The position numbers were made by a program, and so were the translations under genes. 64,000 bases of DNA, from contig CAWCRS010000003.1 in the NCBI GenBank assembly GCA_963798085.1, positions 416,001-480,000 of the forward strand, in the 5' to 3' direction. The stretch is from an uncultured Gemmatimonadales bacterium (GTDB lineage Bacteria; Gemmatimonadota; Gemmatimonadetes; Longimicrobiales; RSA9). Below are positions 1 to 10,933 of the stretch, piece after piece (the first letter of the stretch is position 1; the number at the start of each line of letters is the position of its first letter). The notes beneath the pieces were generated by a model. It ran no database searches and was not told where the DNA came from. It worked only from the letters and a program-made list of their open reading frames with translations.

Positions 1-258
1 GACGACAGCCGTTCGCGAAGAAACCGCAGTTCCTCGAGCCGAGCCCGCCATCGCCCCGTCGCCTCTCTGCGCCGTCCACGTTCTCAGCGGTGAAGGAGTA
101 GTGGCGAGACCGATGGAGTCGGCCCTAGTTTGCGCTCGCCGCAGGAGAGTCGGGCTCCCGCCCCCGAGCCCGGCCGGCGTTGCCGGCGCCGCGCGCCTGC
201 GCCGGAACGGACCGCCGGTCAGACCTCGAACAGACCGCCGATCGAAAGGAACACCCCA

Positions 259-2694
259 ATGCCGACCCGCCACAGCTGCCTCAGCTTTCGTCTGCTGACA
301 CTGGGTTTGCTGCTGCTGCCCGCCGCCGTCAGCGCACAGGGCACACTCGCCGACTACCAGCGCGCCATCAGCCTGCGAACGAAGCTGCAGGGGATGGTGG
401 TCAATGCCCCGGATCAGGCCACCTGGATCGCGGGAACCGAGCGGTTCTTCTATCGCAAGTCGGTGGCGGGCGGCAATGAATTCGAGATGGTGGATGCGAC
501 AACGCAGCAGAAGCGACCGGCGTTCGATCATGCCCGTCTCGCCTCGGCGCTCGCCGCGGCCGGCGGTCACACTTACACGGCTCTCACGCTGCCCTTCAAC
601 AACGTCACCTTCGTGAACGGTGAAGGCGCCATCGAGTTCGTGGCGGACACGGCGCGCTGGCGCTGCACCGTGAGCGACTACCAGTGCAGCCGTCTGGGGC
701 CGGCGGGCCCCGGCTTCGGCCGCGGCGGCCGGGGCGGTGGCGGCGGCCAGTTCCAGGGCGGGCGCGGCCAGGGTGCGGGCAGCGAAGCGGAGCCGGTGCG
801 GCTCTCGCCGGACGGCAAGACGGAAGCGCTCATCGAGAACTACAACCTGTACGTCCGCCCGGCCGGCACGCACAACGCCACGGCGCTGAGCTGGGACGGC
901 TCCGAGGGCAACGCCTACGTGCTGCAGTCCATTTCCTGGGCGCCCGACTCGAAGAAGCTGGCCGCCTACCGTGTCATTCCCGGCTACCGCCGCATGGTGC
1001 ACTACGTGGAGTCGTCGCCCGCGGACCAGCTGCAGCCCAGGTCCTTCGAGCGCTTCTATGCCAAGCCCGGCGACGTGCTGGACAAGGAGCAGCCGGTCCT
1101 GTTCAATCTGGCATGCGAAGCAGGAGTTCATCGTCGATAACACGCTGTTCCCGAATGCCTACGACCTGTCACAACTGGAATGGCGGCGGGACAGCCATGC
1201 GCTGACCTTCGAATACAACCAGCGCGGCCATCAGGTCTATCGCGTGATCGAAGTCAATGCGGCGAACGGCAGGGCGCACGCCGTGATCTCGGAGGAAACG
1301 AAAACGTTCTTCGACTATCGCCCGATCCGCGCCAACCAGACCGACTCGGGGCACAAGTTCCGTTTCGACATCGATGATGGCCGGGAAGTGATCTGGATGT
1401 CGGAGCGCGATGGCTGGAATCACCTGTATCTGTTCGATGGCGTGACGGGCCAGGTGAAGAACCAGATCACGAAGGGCGACTGGGTGGTGCGCGCAGTGGA
1501 CAGCGTGGACGTGCAGAACCGCCAGATCTGGTTCCGTGCCAGCGGCATGAACGCGGGCAAGGACCCCTATTTCATGCACTACTACCGCATCAATTTCGAC
1601 GGCACGGGCCTGGTCGCGTACACGGATGGCCGATGCCAACCACACGGTCAGCTGGTCGCCGGACCAGCAGTACTACGTGGATACGTACTCGCGCGTGGAT
1701 CTGGCGCCGGTCGTCGGAGCTGCGCCGCACGAGCGACCGCACGGTGATGATGACCGCTCGAGAAGGGCGACATCTCGCAGGAGCTGCAAGCGCGGGCTGG
1801 CAGCCGCCCGAGGTGTTCGTCGCCAAGGGCCGCGACGGCGAGACCGACATCTGGGGCGTGATCATCCGGCCCACCAATTTCGATCCACGCCGAGAAGTAT
1901 CCGGTGATCGAGAACATCTACGCCGGGCCGCAGGGTTCGTTCGTGCCCAAGACGTTCGCGGCCGTACAACGCGATGCAGCGCGCTGGCCGAGCTGGGCTT
2001 CATCGTCGTGCAGATCGACGGCATGGGCACGGCGAATCGCTCGAAGGCGTTCCACGATGTCGCCTGGCAAGAACCTGGGCGATGCCGGCTTCCCCGATCG
2101 CATCCTGTGGCACAAGGCGGTGGCGGCGAAGTACCCCTGGTACGACATCACGCGCGTCGGCATCTACGGCACATCGGCGGGCGGACAGAACGCGCTGGGC
2201 GCGCTGCTCTTCCATCCGGAGTTCTACAAGGTGGCGTTCTCGGCTGCCGGCTGCCACGACAATCGCATGGACAAGATCTGGTGGAACGAGCAGTGGATGG
2301 GCTGGCCGCATCGGCCCGCAGTACGCGGCTTCGTCGAACGTCGACAACGCGTACAAGCTGCAGGGCAAGCTGCTGCTGGTGGTGGGCGAGCTGGACACGA
2401 ACGTCGATCCGTCCTCGACCATGCAGGTCGTGAACGCGCTGATCAAGGCGAACAAGCAGTTCGATCTGCTCGTGATCCCGGGCGCCGACCACACCTCGGG
2501 CGGCGTGTACGGTGACCGCAAGCGCTTCGACTTCTTCGTGCACAACCTGCTGGGCGTCGAGCCGCCCGACTGGAACAGCGGCGCCCTTGTGACGGACGGC
2601 ATGGACGACCTGGATGGCGACCTGCTGGGTCTGCCCGCCGGCATGACCGACGACAACTTCTTCGATACGCCGTACGCGCCCTGGACTGCACTGA
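259..2694 (+). CDS. S9/DPP-IV family secreted peptidase (multiple frameshifts, probably sequencing errors; 3' end approximate)
   Basis: Signal peptide ([16 protein letters not shown]). DPP-IV N-terminal propeller motifs ([16 protein letters not shown]). Catalytic [15 protein letters not shown] and GADH are spread over ORF fragments 130-1140, 971-1747, 1633-2433, 1904-2515 and 1974-3488. Likely true stop is TGA 2692-2694. Confidence 0.85.
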
Positions 2695-2720
2695 CCGCGG
2701 TTTCAACACGGAGTCAGCAG

Positions 2721-5684
2721 ATGAAGCGATGGAGCAGTGGATTGTCGAGGCGGCTGGCGCGCAGCAGGCCGGCGCTGGCGGCGTCCCCGGCCCGGCGGAC
2801 CAGTCTGCGTCTGGCACTGTCAGCGCTGCTGCTCGCGGCGTCCGCGGCTGCACAGCAGCCGCTCAAGACGCTGACCTTCGCGGACTACCCGCGCTGGTCA
2901 CGCATCACGGACGTGCAGCTGTCCGCGGACGGGCGCTGGATGGCGTACGCGTACGCGCCCAATGAAGGCGATGCCACGCTCTTCGTCCGCGACCTCACGG
3001 GCACGGCGATCGACACGATTCGCACGCGCCAGTGGTCCGGCGTTCTCCGAGGATTCGCGCTGGGTTGTCTACACGGTGAATCCACCCGGGCAGAGCGGCG
3101 GCCGCGGGGGTCGGGGCGGGCGAGGTGGCGGCGGTCGCGGTCAGACGCCACCGGACAACACGACGCCGCAGCGCGGTCAGGGCGGCGGCCCGCCGGCGGC
3201 GCCGCGCATGCTGCAGCTGCTGGAGCTGGCAACGGGCACGAAGACGGACATTGTGCCGGATCCCCAGTCCTCCGCTTTCTCTGCCGACTCGAAGTTCCTC
3301 GCAGTTCGCCGCAGCAAGGCGAACCGCGAGGCCACCCACGACGGCACCGACCTCGTGCTGCGCAACCTGAGCATGGGCACGACGCTGAACATCGGCAACG
3401 TGTCCGCGTTCGCGTTCAACAAGCCGGGAGCGCTGCTCGGCTAGGACGGTCGATGCGGCCGGCAAGGTCGGCAACGGCCTCTACCTGATGGACCCTTCGA
3501 GCGGCGCGGTGCGGGCGCTGGACACGGACACGCTGCGCTATGACCGGCTGACGTGGAGCCGCGACGGTTCCCGCCTGGCCGTGCTGCGCGGCGAGACGGC
3601 GAAAGGCAAGGAGCAGCGTTCCAATGCGCTGGTCGCATTCAGCGGGCTGGCCGGCGGCGCGAAGAACGCTGGACCGCAGCCGCAGGAGCGGAGGCGCGAC
3701 GGGAGCCGAAGCCGCATCGTCGCCTGTCATGATCAGCGCCGGCACTCGCCTCGACTGGGATCCCGCCGCCGATCCGGCATTCCCGAAGGACATGGTGCTG
3801 TCCGAGCTGGGCGCCATGGAGTGGAGCCGTGATGGCGCCCGCCTGTTCCTGGGTGTGAAGCCGCAGCAGGACAAGGTCGAGGAACCGCCGGCGGGCAGCG
3901 ACCCGAAGGCAAACGTCGAGATCTGGCACTGGGGCGATGACAGGCTGTTATCAGTGCAGAAGATTCAGGCCGATGCCGATCGGCGCGCGACCTGTCCGCT
4001 GCGCTCGAATCTGGCGGACCGGCACTTCGTGCAGCTGGGCGACGCCGACATGCCTCGCCTGCTGACCCACGCGCGACGGCCACTGGGCCATGGGCGAGAA
4101 CGACAAGCCCTACATCCGCGACTGGGATGAGGCGGATGGCCTGGGCGATCTCGTGCGCGTCAGCACGGCGACCGGTGAGCGCACCACGCTGGCCGACCGT
4201 GTGCGCTTCCCGCTGGGCGTGTCACCCGACGGCAGGTGGAACCTCTGGTTCAAGGAAGGCAAACTCTGGCTGCAGGACATTGCCTCCGGCGCGCGCACCG
4301 ACCTCTCGGCCGTGGCCGGCACGAGCTTTCTCAATGTCGAGTACGACACGCCCGGCGAAAAGTCGTCGTACGGCATTGCGGGCTGGTCGAGCGATGGCCG
4401 CTCCGTCCTCGTAAATGCCGAGTTACGACTCTGTGGCCGCTGCCGCTCGCGGCGGGTGGAGGGCGATCGAACCTCACGCGCGGCATTGGTGACGAAGGAC
4501 CAGGTGCGTTTCCGCGTGGAGAATCTCGCGGCCGATGACGACGAGCCCGGCATCGACACGTCGAAGCCGATCGTGCTCACGCGTACGGCGAATGGACGAA
4601 GAAGTCCGGCTACTGGACGTTGGAGCCGGGAAGAGAACCGCGGCCGTTGATCTGGGAGGATCGCTCGATCGGTCAGAGAGGAAGGCGAAGAACGCGGACC
4701 GTGTGGTCTTCACGGCCAGACCTTCGTGGATTTCCCGGACTGGTACAAGCGGCGCTGCAGCTTCGCAGCCCGGTGCGCGTCACGGACGCGAATCCGCAGC
4801 AGAAGGAGTACGCGTGGGGCCGGCGCAGTGCTCATCGACTACACGGACCAGCGGGGCCACAAGCTGCAGGCCACGCTCTCCCTGCCTGCCGGCTACGTCG
4901 AGGGAAGGAGTATCCGATGCTCGTCTACTTCTACGAGAAGCTCTCGCAGAACCACCACCAGTACTCGATGCCCACGTACGACGACCGGCCACACATGTCC
5001 ACGTACGCGAGCGACGGCTACCTCGTGCTCATGCCGGACATCGTGTACGACATGGGCAAGCCCGGCACCTCCGCCTGGATGACATCACCAGCGCCACGAA
5101 GAAGGTGATCGAGCTCGGCTACGCGGATCCCGCGCACATCGGCGCGCAGGGTCACAGCTGGGGCGGCTACGAGTCCTCGTTCCTCGTCACGCAGACAGAC
5201 ATGTTCGCCGCCGTCGTCACGGGCGCGCCGCTGACGAATCTCGAGAGCATGCACAACATCCTGTACAAGCAGTCGGGCGGCGGCAACGCGCCGTTGATCC
5301 AGTGGGGCCAGGGCCGCATGGGCACCGTGCCCTGGGAGGATCCCGAGGGGTACGCGAGCCAGTCGCCGGTCCGCTTCGTCGAGAACATCCGAACGCCGTT
5401 CATGATCATGCAGGGCACGGCCGATGGCGCGGTCGACTGGAACCAGGGTCTCGAGTTCTACGTCGCGGCCCGGCGCGCGGGCAAGAAAGTCATCTTCCTG
5501 ACGCTATCCCGACGAACCGCACCATCTCGCGAAGAAGGAGAACCAGAAGGATTTCCAGCGTCGCATGAAGGAGTTCTTCGATCACTATCTCAAGGGCGCG
5601 CCGGCGCCGAAATGGATGACGGATGGCGTGCCCTACCTGGATCGCGCGCGCGAGATCGTTGCCGCTCCCAGCGGTTCGCGCTGA
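2721..5684 (+). CDS. S9 family prolyl oligopeptidase-like secreted peptidase (heavily frameshifted)
   Basis: ATG 2721 after GGAG, signal peptide ([15 protein letters not shown]), SADGRW/SPDGRW propeller repeats, catalytic [14 protein letters not shown] and YPDEPHHL, pieced together across frames. Stop TGA 5682-5684. Confidence 0.8.
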
Positions 5685-5717
5685 TAACGGGCTGTCAGTC
5701 GTGGTGCACCGCCGGGG

Positions 5718-6533
5718 GTGCGCGTGACGCACCTCCGGCAGATCGTGCGTGCGAGCGCTGTGGACGACACCGGCGCCGCCGTGTTTCCCTTCTCGGTTCC
5801 CGCCATCCGCTCGCTCGAGTCACTCGATGTCTCGGCCAATGTCGTGTACTTCGTGGGCGAGAACGGCTCGGGCAAGTCCACACTGCTGGAGGCCATCGCC
5901 GCGGGCGCCCGCCTGCCCACGGTGGGCAGCGCCGAGGTCGCGTATGACGAAACCCTGGCGGCGCAGCGCCGGCTGGCGGCCGCGTTCCGCCTGATCTGGG
6001 AAAAGCGAACGCACCGCGGCTTTTTCCTGCGCGCGGAGGACTTCTTCGGTTTCGCCCGCCGGCTGCGCAGCATGAAGACCGAGCTGCGGCAGCGCATGGA
6101 CGAGGTGGAAGTCGAGTACAAGGACCGGTCCGCACTGGCGCGAGGCCTGGCGCTGGGTCCGCTGGCCGGGTCCATCCACGAGATAACCCGGCGTTATGGC
6201 GAAGACCTGGATGCGCAATCGCATGGCGAGAGCTTCCTGACGCTGTTCCGGGCGAGGTTCGTGCCCGGCGGCCTGTATCTGCTGGACGAGCCGGAAGCCG
6301 CGCTGTCGCCGCAGAGCCAGCTGGCACTGCTGCTCATGCTGAAGCAGATGGTGGCGCAGTCAGGGCAGTTCATCATTGCCACGCACTCGCCCATGCTGCT
6401 GGCGTACCCGGGCGCGCGCATCTACAGCTTCGACCAGTCGCCCATTGCCGAGGTGGCCTGGGCGGACCTGGACCACGTCACGCTGACGCGCGCGTTCCTC
6501 GCCGATCCGGAGTCGTTCCTGCGCCGCCTCTGA
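5718..6533 (+). CDS. Predicted ABC/AAA-type ATPase (COG3910-like)
   Basis: Walker A GENGSGKST, SHGESF signature, LLDEPEAALSP, IIATHSP. Confidence 0.9.
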   Translation: MRVTHLRQIVRASAVDDTGAAVFPFSVPAIRSLESLDVSANVVYFVGENGSGKSTLLEAIAAGARLPTVGSAEVAYDETLAAQRRLAAAFRLIWEKRTHRGFFLRAEDFFGFARRLRSMKTELRQRMDEVEVEYKDRSALARGLALGPLAGSIHEITRRYGEDLDAQSHGESFLTLFRARFVPGGLYLLDEPEAALSPQSQLALLLMLKQMVAQSGQFIIATHSPMLLAYPGARIYSFDQSPIAEVAWADLDHVTLTRAFLADPESFLRRL

Positions 6534-6552
6534 AGCGCGCGCCGCCCGCCGA

Positions 6553-7188
6553 CTACAGTCCCAGGTCGAGCGCCGCTCGGATCAGCATATAGGCGGCAAG
6601 CGCAACCAGAACGACGCCCATGATGCGGTGAATCCGCTGCTGCATTCCAGGTCCGATCATGTGGTGTATGCGGCGCAGCACAAAAGTGAGGGTGGTGAGG
6701 TACGAGGCGAGGCCGAGCCCGCCGAACAGAATGAAGACCGCGGACTGGGACGCTGTGAAGCTCTCCACGATGCCGAGGTCCCTGGCAAGCTTCGCGCCCA
6801 CCAGCCACCAGAACATGATCGGCGGGTTCGTAACGGCGAGGGTGAAACCCGCCGTGAAGGACAACCCCCGACTGCGCAGTGCCGGACTCTGCGGCAGGTC
6901 GACATTCGACGCGCGGGCTGCGTTGCGGAACGTGAACCACGCGAGCACCAGCAGCACAATCGCGCCGGCCAGCCCGAACCAGCCCTCGATCGTGCGGTGG
7001 CGCAGGAACGTGGCCAGGCCGAAGAGCGCGATGACGCCGTACATCACGTCGGACACGACGGACCCCGCCACGACCATCAGAGCCGCACCGACCTCGTTCG
7101 CGATAGCCCGCTTCGCGATCTCGATCTGTGTAGCGCCGATGGGGATCGCCGCGAAGAACCCCAGCACGTACGCCAGCAGCTGGAGCAA
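6553..7188 (-). CDS. LysE/RhtB family translocator
   Basis: About 210 aa and hydrophobic, with AIPIGA at the N-terminus and the GFTLAVTNP motif. Confidence 0.8.
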   Translation of the reverse strand: MLQLLAYVLGFFAAIPIGATQIEIAKRAIANEVGAALMVVAGSVVSDVMYGVIALFGLATFLRHRTIEGWFGLAGAIVLLVLAWFTFRNAARASNVDLPQSPALRSRGLSFTAGFTLAVTNPPIMFWWLVGAKLARDLGIVESFTASQSAVFILFGGLGLASYLTTLTFVLRRIHHMIGPGMQQRIHRIMGVVLVALAAYMLIRAALDLGL

Positions 7189-7208
7189 CCGCCTCTACTC
7201 CCGGCAGT

Positions 7209-8516
7209 TCACGCGACGCAGTGGGGCGCGTGGTTCAGCCACGGTACCACATCGTCCTGTACCACATCATGCGCATCCAACGCCTCGAAGCAGCGGACAA
7301 CCCGGCATGTCTTTGCCATCTTGTTGATGCAGGTCAGGTTTCGACAAGGGCTCCAGGCGATGTGCACGAAGGACGGCGCCGACTGATTGGCCGGAAAAAA
7401 GCCGGCACGCGCCGAGGCGTACCCGTAAAAACGCGCGGGTGTCGCACCGAAGGCGGAGATCACAACGGTGCGATTGCGGAAGTCGTTTCGACTGCTGCGC
7501 GTCACCTTGCGTGCGGCGGCAATGTGCAGAGGACCGGTGTCGCCACTGAAAAAGCAGTCGGCCGCGTCAATGACTGCGGCATACGTGTCCAGCGCTACCG
7601 TTGCAGGCAGGATCCGCACCCTGGCGCGCTCCGCCGTCGTGAGGCTTTCGAGCAGTCGTTGCTCAATGCCCGGCTGCGCGTGTCCCGCACCCAGCACGAT
7701 GGTGAGCGGCAGCGCCGCGAGCTCGCGCAGCAGCGTCGCCTGCAATTCCAGGGGCATGCGCGTGTACGGCGACAATGTGTCGGGGTTGAAGAGCACGAAC
7801 GGATCGCCCGGTGTCAGGCCGGCGCCGCCGAGGAATCGAGACGCGCGTTCCACCGCCGCCTCGGACAGCTGGATCGAGACGCCGGTGAAGGGGCAGCTGC
7901 GCACAGGCTCCAGCACTCTGGAGAAAAGGCGGTGGATCAGCTGGTGTGCCTGTACGACGACGTGATTCGCAATCCGCGGGTCCCGCTGGTTGCGGATGGC
8001 CGTGGCCGCGAGCGGTTTAATGTCGAGCACGGGCATGCCCCGAGGTACCACCGCATCGTTGCGGATGAGCGGGCAGAAATTGAACACCAGATCGTAGTTG
8101 CGACGCATGACCAGACTGCGTACGGCCTCGAAATCGTCATGCGTGGGCGCGGGCCCGCCATGGAGAACTGCGAACAACTCTGTTATCTCGGGGTTCCCGG
8201 CCACCAGATGGCGGGCCAACCGCGAGATCACGTAGTCAATGTCGGCGTGCGGCAGGAAATCACGCAGCCCGGCAATGCAGGCCTGCATCATGACCGCATC
8301 GCCAATGTTGAGGTCTGCGATCACGAGGATCCGGTCGAGACGCCGGACCGCCGCGATGCGGGCGCGCGCGGCACTGAGCAGGTGATCGACGACGACGCGG
8401 CTGCCGCCGGTCATGCCGAGCATGGTATCGAGCAGCCGCGCACCGCCGCGCGGAAACATCTCCGTCAGGCTGCTCGACAGATGAAACAATCTCTGGTATC
8501 GGGCGGGCTCAGCCGT
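7209..8516 (-). CDS. Glycosyltransferase family 9 (heptosyltransferase-like); start uncertain
   Basis: NIGDAVM and SGDTGPLHIAAA motifs. RBS GGAGGT at 8521-8526 precedes an in-frame ACG at 8516; the next ATG is at 8459. Confidence 0.8.
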   Translation of the reverse strand, partial: TAEPARYQRLFHLSSSLTEMFPRGGARLLDTMLGMTGGSRVVVDHLLSAARARIAAVRRLDRILVIADLNIGDAVMMQACIAGLRDFLPHADIDYVISRLARHLVAGNPEITELFAVLHGGPAPTHDDFEAVRSLVMRRNYDLVFNFCPLIRNDAVVPRGMPVLDIKPLAATAIRNQRDPRIANHVVVQAHQLIHRLFSRVLEPVRSCPFTGVSIQLSEAAVERASRFLGGAGLTPGDPFVLFNPDTLSPYTRMPLELQATLLRELAALPLTIVLGAGHAQPGIEQRLLESLTTAERARVRILPATVALDTYAAVIDAADCFFSGDTGPLHIAAARKVTRSSRNDFRNRTVVISAFGATPARFYGYASARAGFFPANQSAPSFVHIAWSPCRNLTCINKMAKTCRVVRCFEALDAHDVVQDDVVPWLNHAPHCVA

Positions 8517-9420
8517 GAGAACCTCCGGTCGCAAGGTCGGAGCCGCGCGGAACGGACGCGTTCGTCCTGCTGCAGCCCGCACCGGCCGCAACCGCTGGCG
8601 ACCCGGCTGCAGACTGTGGACGCCTGCTCGCTCTGGCCGTTTCTCCCGCTGCGTGCGGCTGCACCGGCCCGGTCCCGGGCTGCCACGACTCGAGTGCAAG
8701 CGTAAGCAATGCGAACGGCAAACGCGAGCGGATCTTGAGCAGGACGCGCGTGGGATCCTCGGCGATCCACACTTCCGCGCGACGGCTGGCGCCGAAGATA
8801 CCATCATTGTTCACTACCGGCTGGATCACGATCGCATCGAACGTTCCAGCCGGTACCGTCACGCGCTCGCGTCGCAGGACCGTGACGGTTACGGGATTCT
8901 CCGCCCGCCTGAAATAGCGATCGAAACGGTACGTCTTCCCGGGCTCGAGCGGGATCGTGCGAATGAAGAACAGGAAGGACGCATCATCGAGCGGCTCGGA
9001 AACCGATAAGGCAGTGCTGTCCGCCGTCTCGTCGAACATGCTCGTGTCTCCCGGACAGAATGCCCACGCGTGATGCACGTGACTCGATCCTTCGTTCAGC
9101 GTCTGAACGAATCGGACCGAGCGCATGGCGTCCGGATCGAACGAACTCTCGAACGCATCGTTCACGTGAAAGAGCAGTGTGCCACCGCGGAACGCAACGG
9201 TGAAGTGGATCAGGGGGTCACTGTCCAGCGGTTTCATTCCGGTTACGGTCAGGGTGCCTGAACCCACATGCAAGACGCCGAACTTCATTGCGTAGGTCAG
9301 GTTTTCGCCGACCCTGAAGGGCAGCGGAGCCGACAGCTGCCGCGCGCTGAGCCCACCGGGCAGCAGCCCGGCCACCAAAGCAGCGGTCATTGTTCCCCGG
9401 TTGCGAACCCGGGCGTACAT
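8509..9420 (-). CDS. DUF3108 domain-containing secreted protein
   Basis: PFRVGENLTY, LDDASFLFFIR, ERVTVPAGTF and EVWIAEDP motifs; signal-peptide-like N-terminus. Confidence 0.8.
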   Translation of the reverse strand: MYARVRNRGTMTAALVAGLLPGGLSARQLSAPLPFRVGENLTYAMKFGVLHVGSGTLTVTGMKPLDSDPLIHFTVAFRGGTLLFHVNDAFESSFDPDAMRSVRFVQTLNEGSSHVHHAWAFCPGDTSMFDETADSTALSVSEPLDDASFLFFIRTIPLEPGKTYRFDRYFRRAENPVTVTVLRRERVTVPAGTFDAIVIQPVVNNDGIFGASRRAEVWIAEDPTRVLLKIRSRLPFALLTLALESWQPGTGPVQPHAAGETARASRRPQSAAGSPAVAAGAGCSRTNASVPRGSDLATGGSHG

Positions 9421-10003
9421 GCTGCCCCGCCCGCCCGCCAGCGAGGCCAGGGGGCGGCCTGCCCGCGCTTTCGGGACTCGTACGCGCCTCTCGCGACGCA
9501 TTGCCTCTGTCATGATGATTTGCCTGCCCGCCGACGACACCGGCCGGAATGAACTGCAGATCGAGATCGTCCGAAGGCGGTCTCCTGCAGACGACGATCG
9601 AGCCGGCACGCGATCATCGCCTGCGCCGGTCCTACGTTGTGCTTCACGGGAATGTTCCGGTTCTGCCCTGTCACGCATCCGTCATGTGCAGCATGACACG
9701 AACGTGACGCATAGGTATAACATGGTATTACAGACTGCGCGGCGACGCGAGCAGTGTTGCCGATTGCCCAGTGAAACACACGGCTGGTTGTGCGTCGAAC
9801 CGGCGTTGACGCGGACACGATCCAGGCGCGCGCGGAGCAACGCTGCGTGCCTGCCGGGTGCGACGACTTGTGCGTAACGTTGTCCGGCACTGGAGTCGGC
9901 GAGGCCCTGTTGCACCCGACCCTGCGGGCCGCGCGACCGGCGAGCCGATACTGTCAACGGAGAAGCCCGCTACCGCACGAACCACTCGTTGAAGACACGA
10001 GCA

Positions 10004-10465
10004 ATGTCAGCGAACCCGGCCAGCATGGATCCCGTCGAGTTTGTACGCGCGGACGCCCGTCTGCGACGCAACGCGATTGGCCTTGCCTTCTGCGGCGTGG
10101 TTGTCGGAGCGCTGACGATCGGGTGGGTTCTGCCCTGGTTCCTGCGGGTGGTGCAGGAGAAGGCATTGCGTGCCGGCGGGTTCGACCGGCGCATCGTGTG
10201 CATGAGCTTCCTGGTGGTGGTGTCGTTGGTGGCGGCAAGTGTGGCTGGCCTTGGTGTGAGCGCCGTGCGTCAGGGGCGGCGCGTCTGTGCGGCGGACCGT
10301 TATCCGCTGGCCGGCATGAAGGTGCTGCGGGATACGCGTGTGCTCCGCGGACGCGCCGCGCAGATCACGGGCCGCGGGCAGATGCTGATCGGCGGCACGC
10401 TCGTGGGTCTCGCGCTGTTGCTGCTCGCCGTCTCCATCTACGGTGCTCTTCTGCTTCTGCATTGA
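10004..10465 (+). CDS. Hypothetical membrane protein (3 TM)
   Basis: Three hydrophobic segments and a RYPLAGMKVLRDT loop. Confidence 0.55.
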   Translation: MSANPASMDPVEFVRADARLRRNAIGLAFCGVVVGALTIGWVLPWFLRVVQEKALRAGGFDRRIVCMSFLVVVSLVAASVAGLGVSAVRQGRRVCAADRYPLAGMKVLRDTRVLRGRAAQITGRGQMLIGGTLVGLALLLLAVSIYGALLLLH

Positions 10466-10933
10466 AGCGCGCCGCCAACGCCTTTCGCCCGACTCTGACC
10501 CTCCGGTCCGGCGCACATCGGGCATGGCCGTTCCTCCCGCCTGACGCGGTTCGGTTCGATCCGACGTCCGCCGCGCTGCGGTGCGGAGCCGAAACGGACG
10601 CTCTTCCGCATCGTCGCCAGCTGTAAGAGTCTGTTTTGGCGTGGGATGGCGTGATACCTTGATACGGCTTCGCGCCAAGCGCTGCGCCGCGTTCATGAGC
10701 CCTGCCGCCGGGGCCATGCCCGGACCGACCTTTCCGCACGTCGCGTGACGATGGGCGCCTTCTTCGATCTGCCGGGACAGTTCCGGGTCCCATCATCATC
10801 GGGCTGAGCGGTCTGGCGCCAATCGGCGCTGTCGCGCGCATTGCGCGTCGCGGCTGCACCTGAACGCAATGCCGGGAGGCATGCGCCTGTGCGCGAGCCT
10901 GCCCGTTTCTCGCCTTCGTGATGCGGAGGTTTC

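Noticed and set aside
715..780. Gly/Arg-rich GGRGG segments as DNA repeats
   Set aside because: They are low-complexity protein linkers, seen in several secreted enzymes in this window.
3442..3444. TAG read-through or recoding
   Set aside because: Removing one base restores GGC TGG ACG GTC GAT, so it is a simple indel.
1974..3488. Genuine fusion of two S9 peptidases in one ORF
   Set aside because: The second gene has its own RBS, ATG and signal peptide, the region is indel-rich, and an out-of-frame TGA sits at 2692.
10466..10933. Small genes or ncRNA upstream of the CHAT gene
   Set aside because: I could not support an RBS-linked ORF or a recognisable RNA motif by eye.
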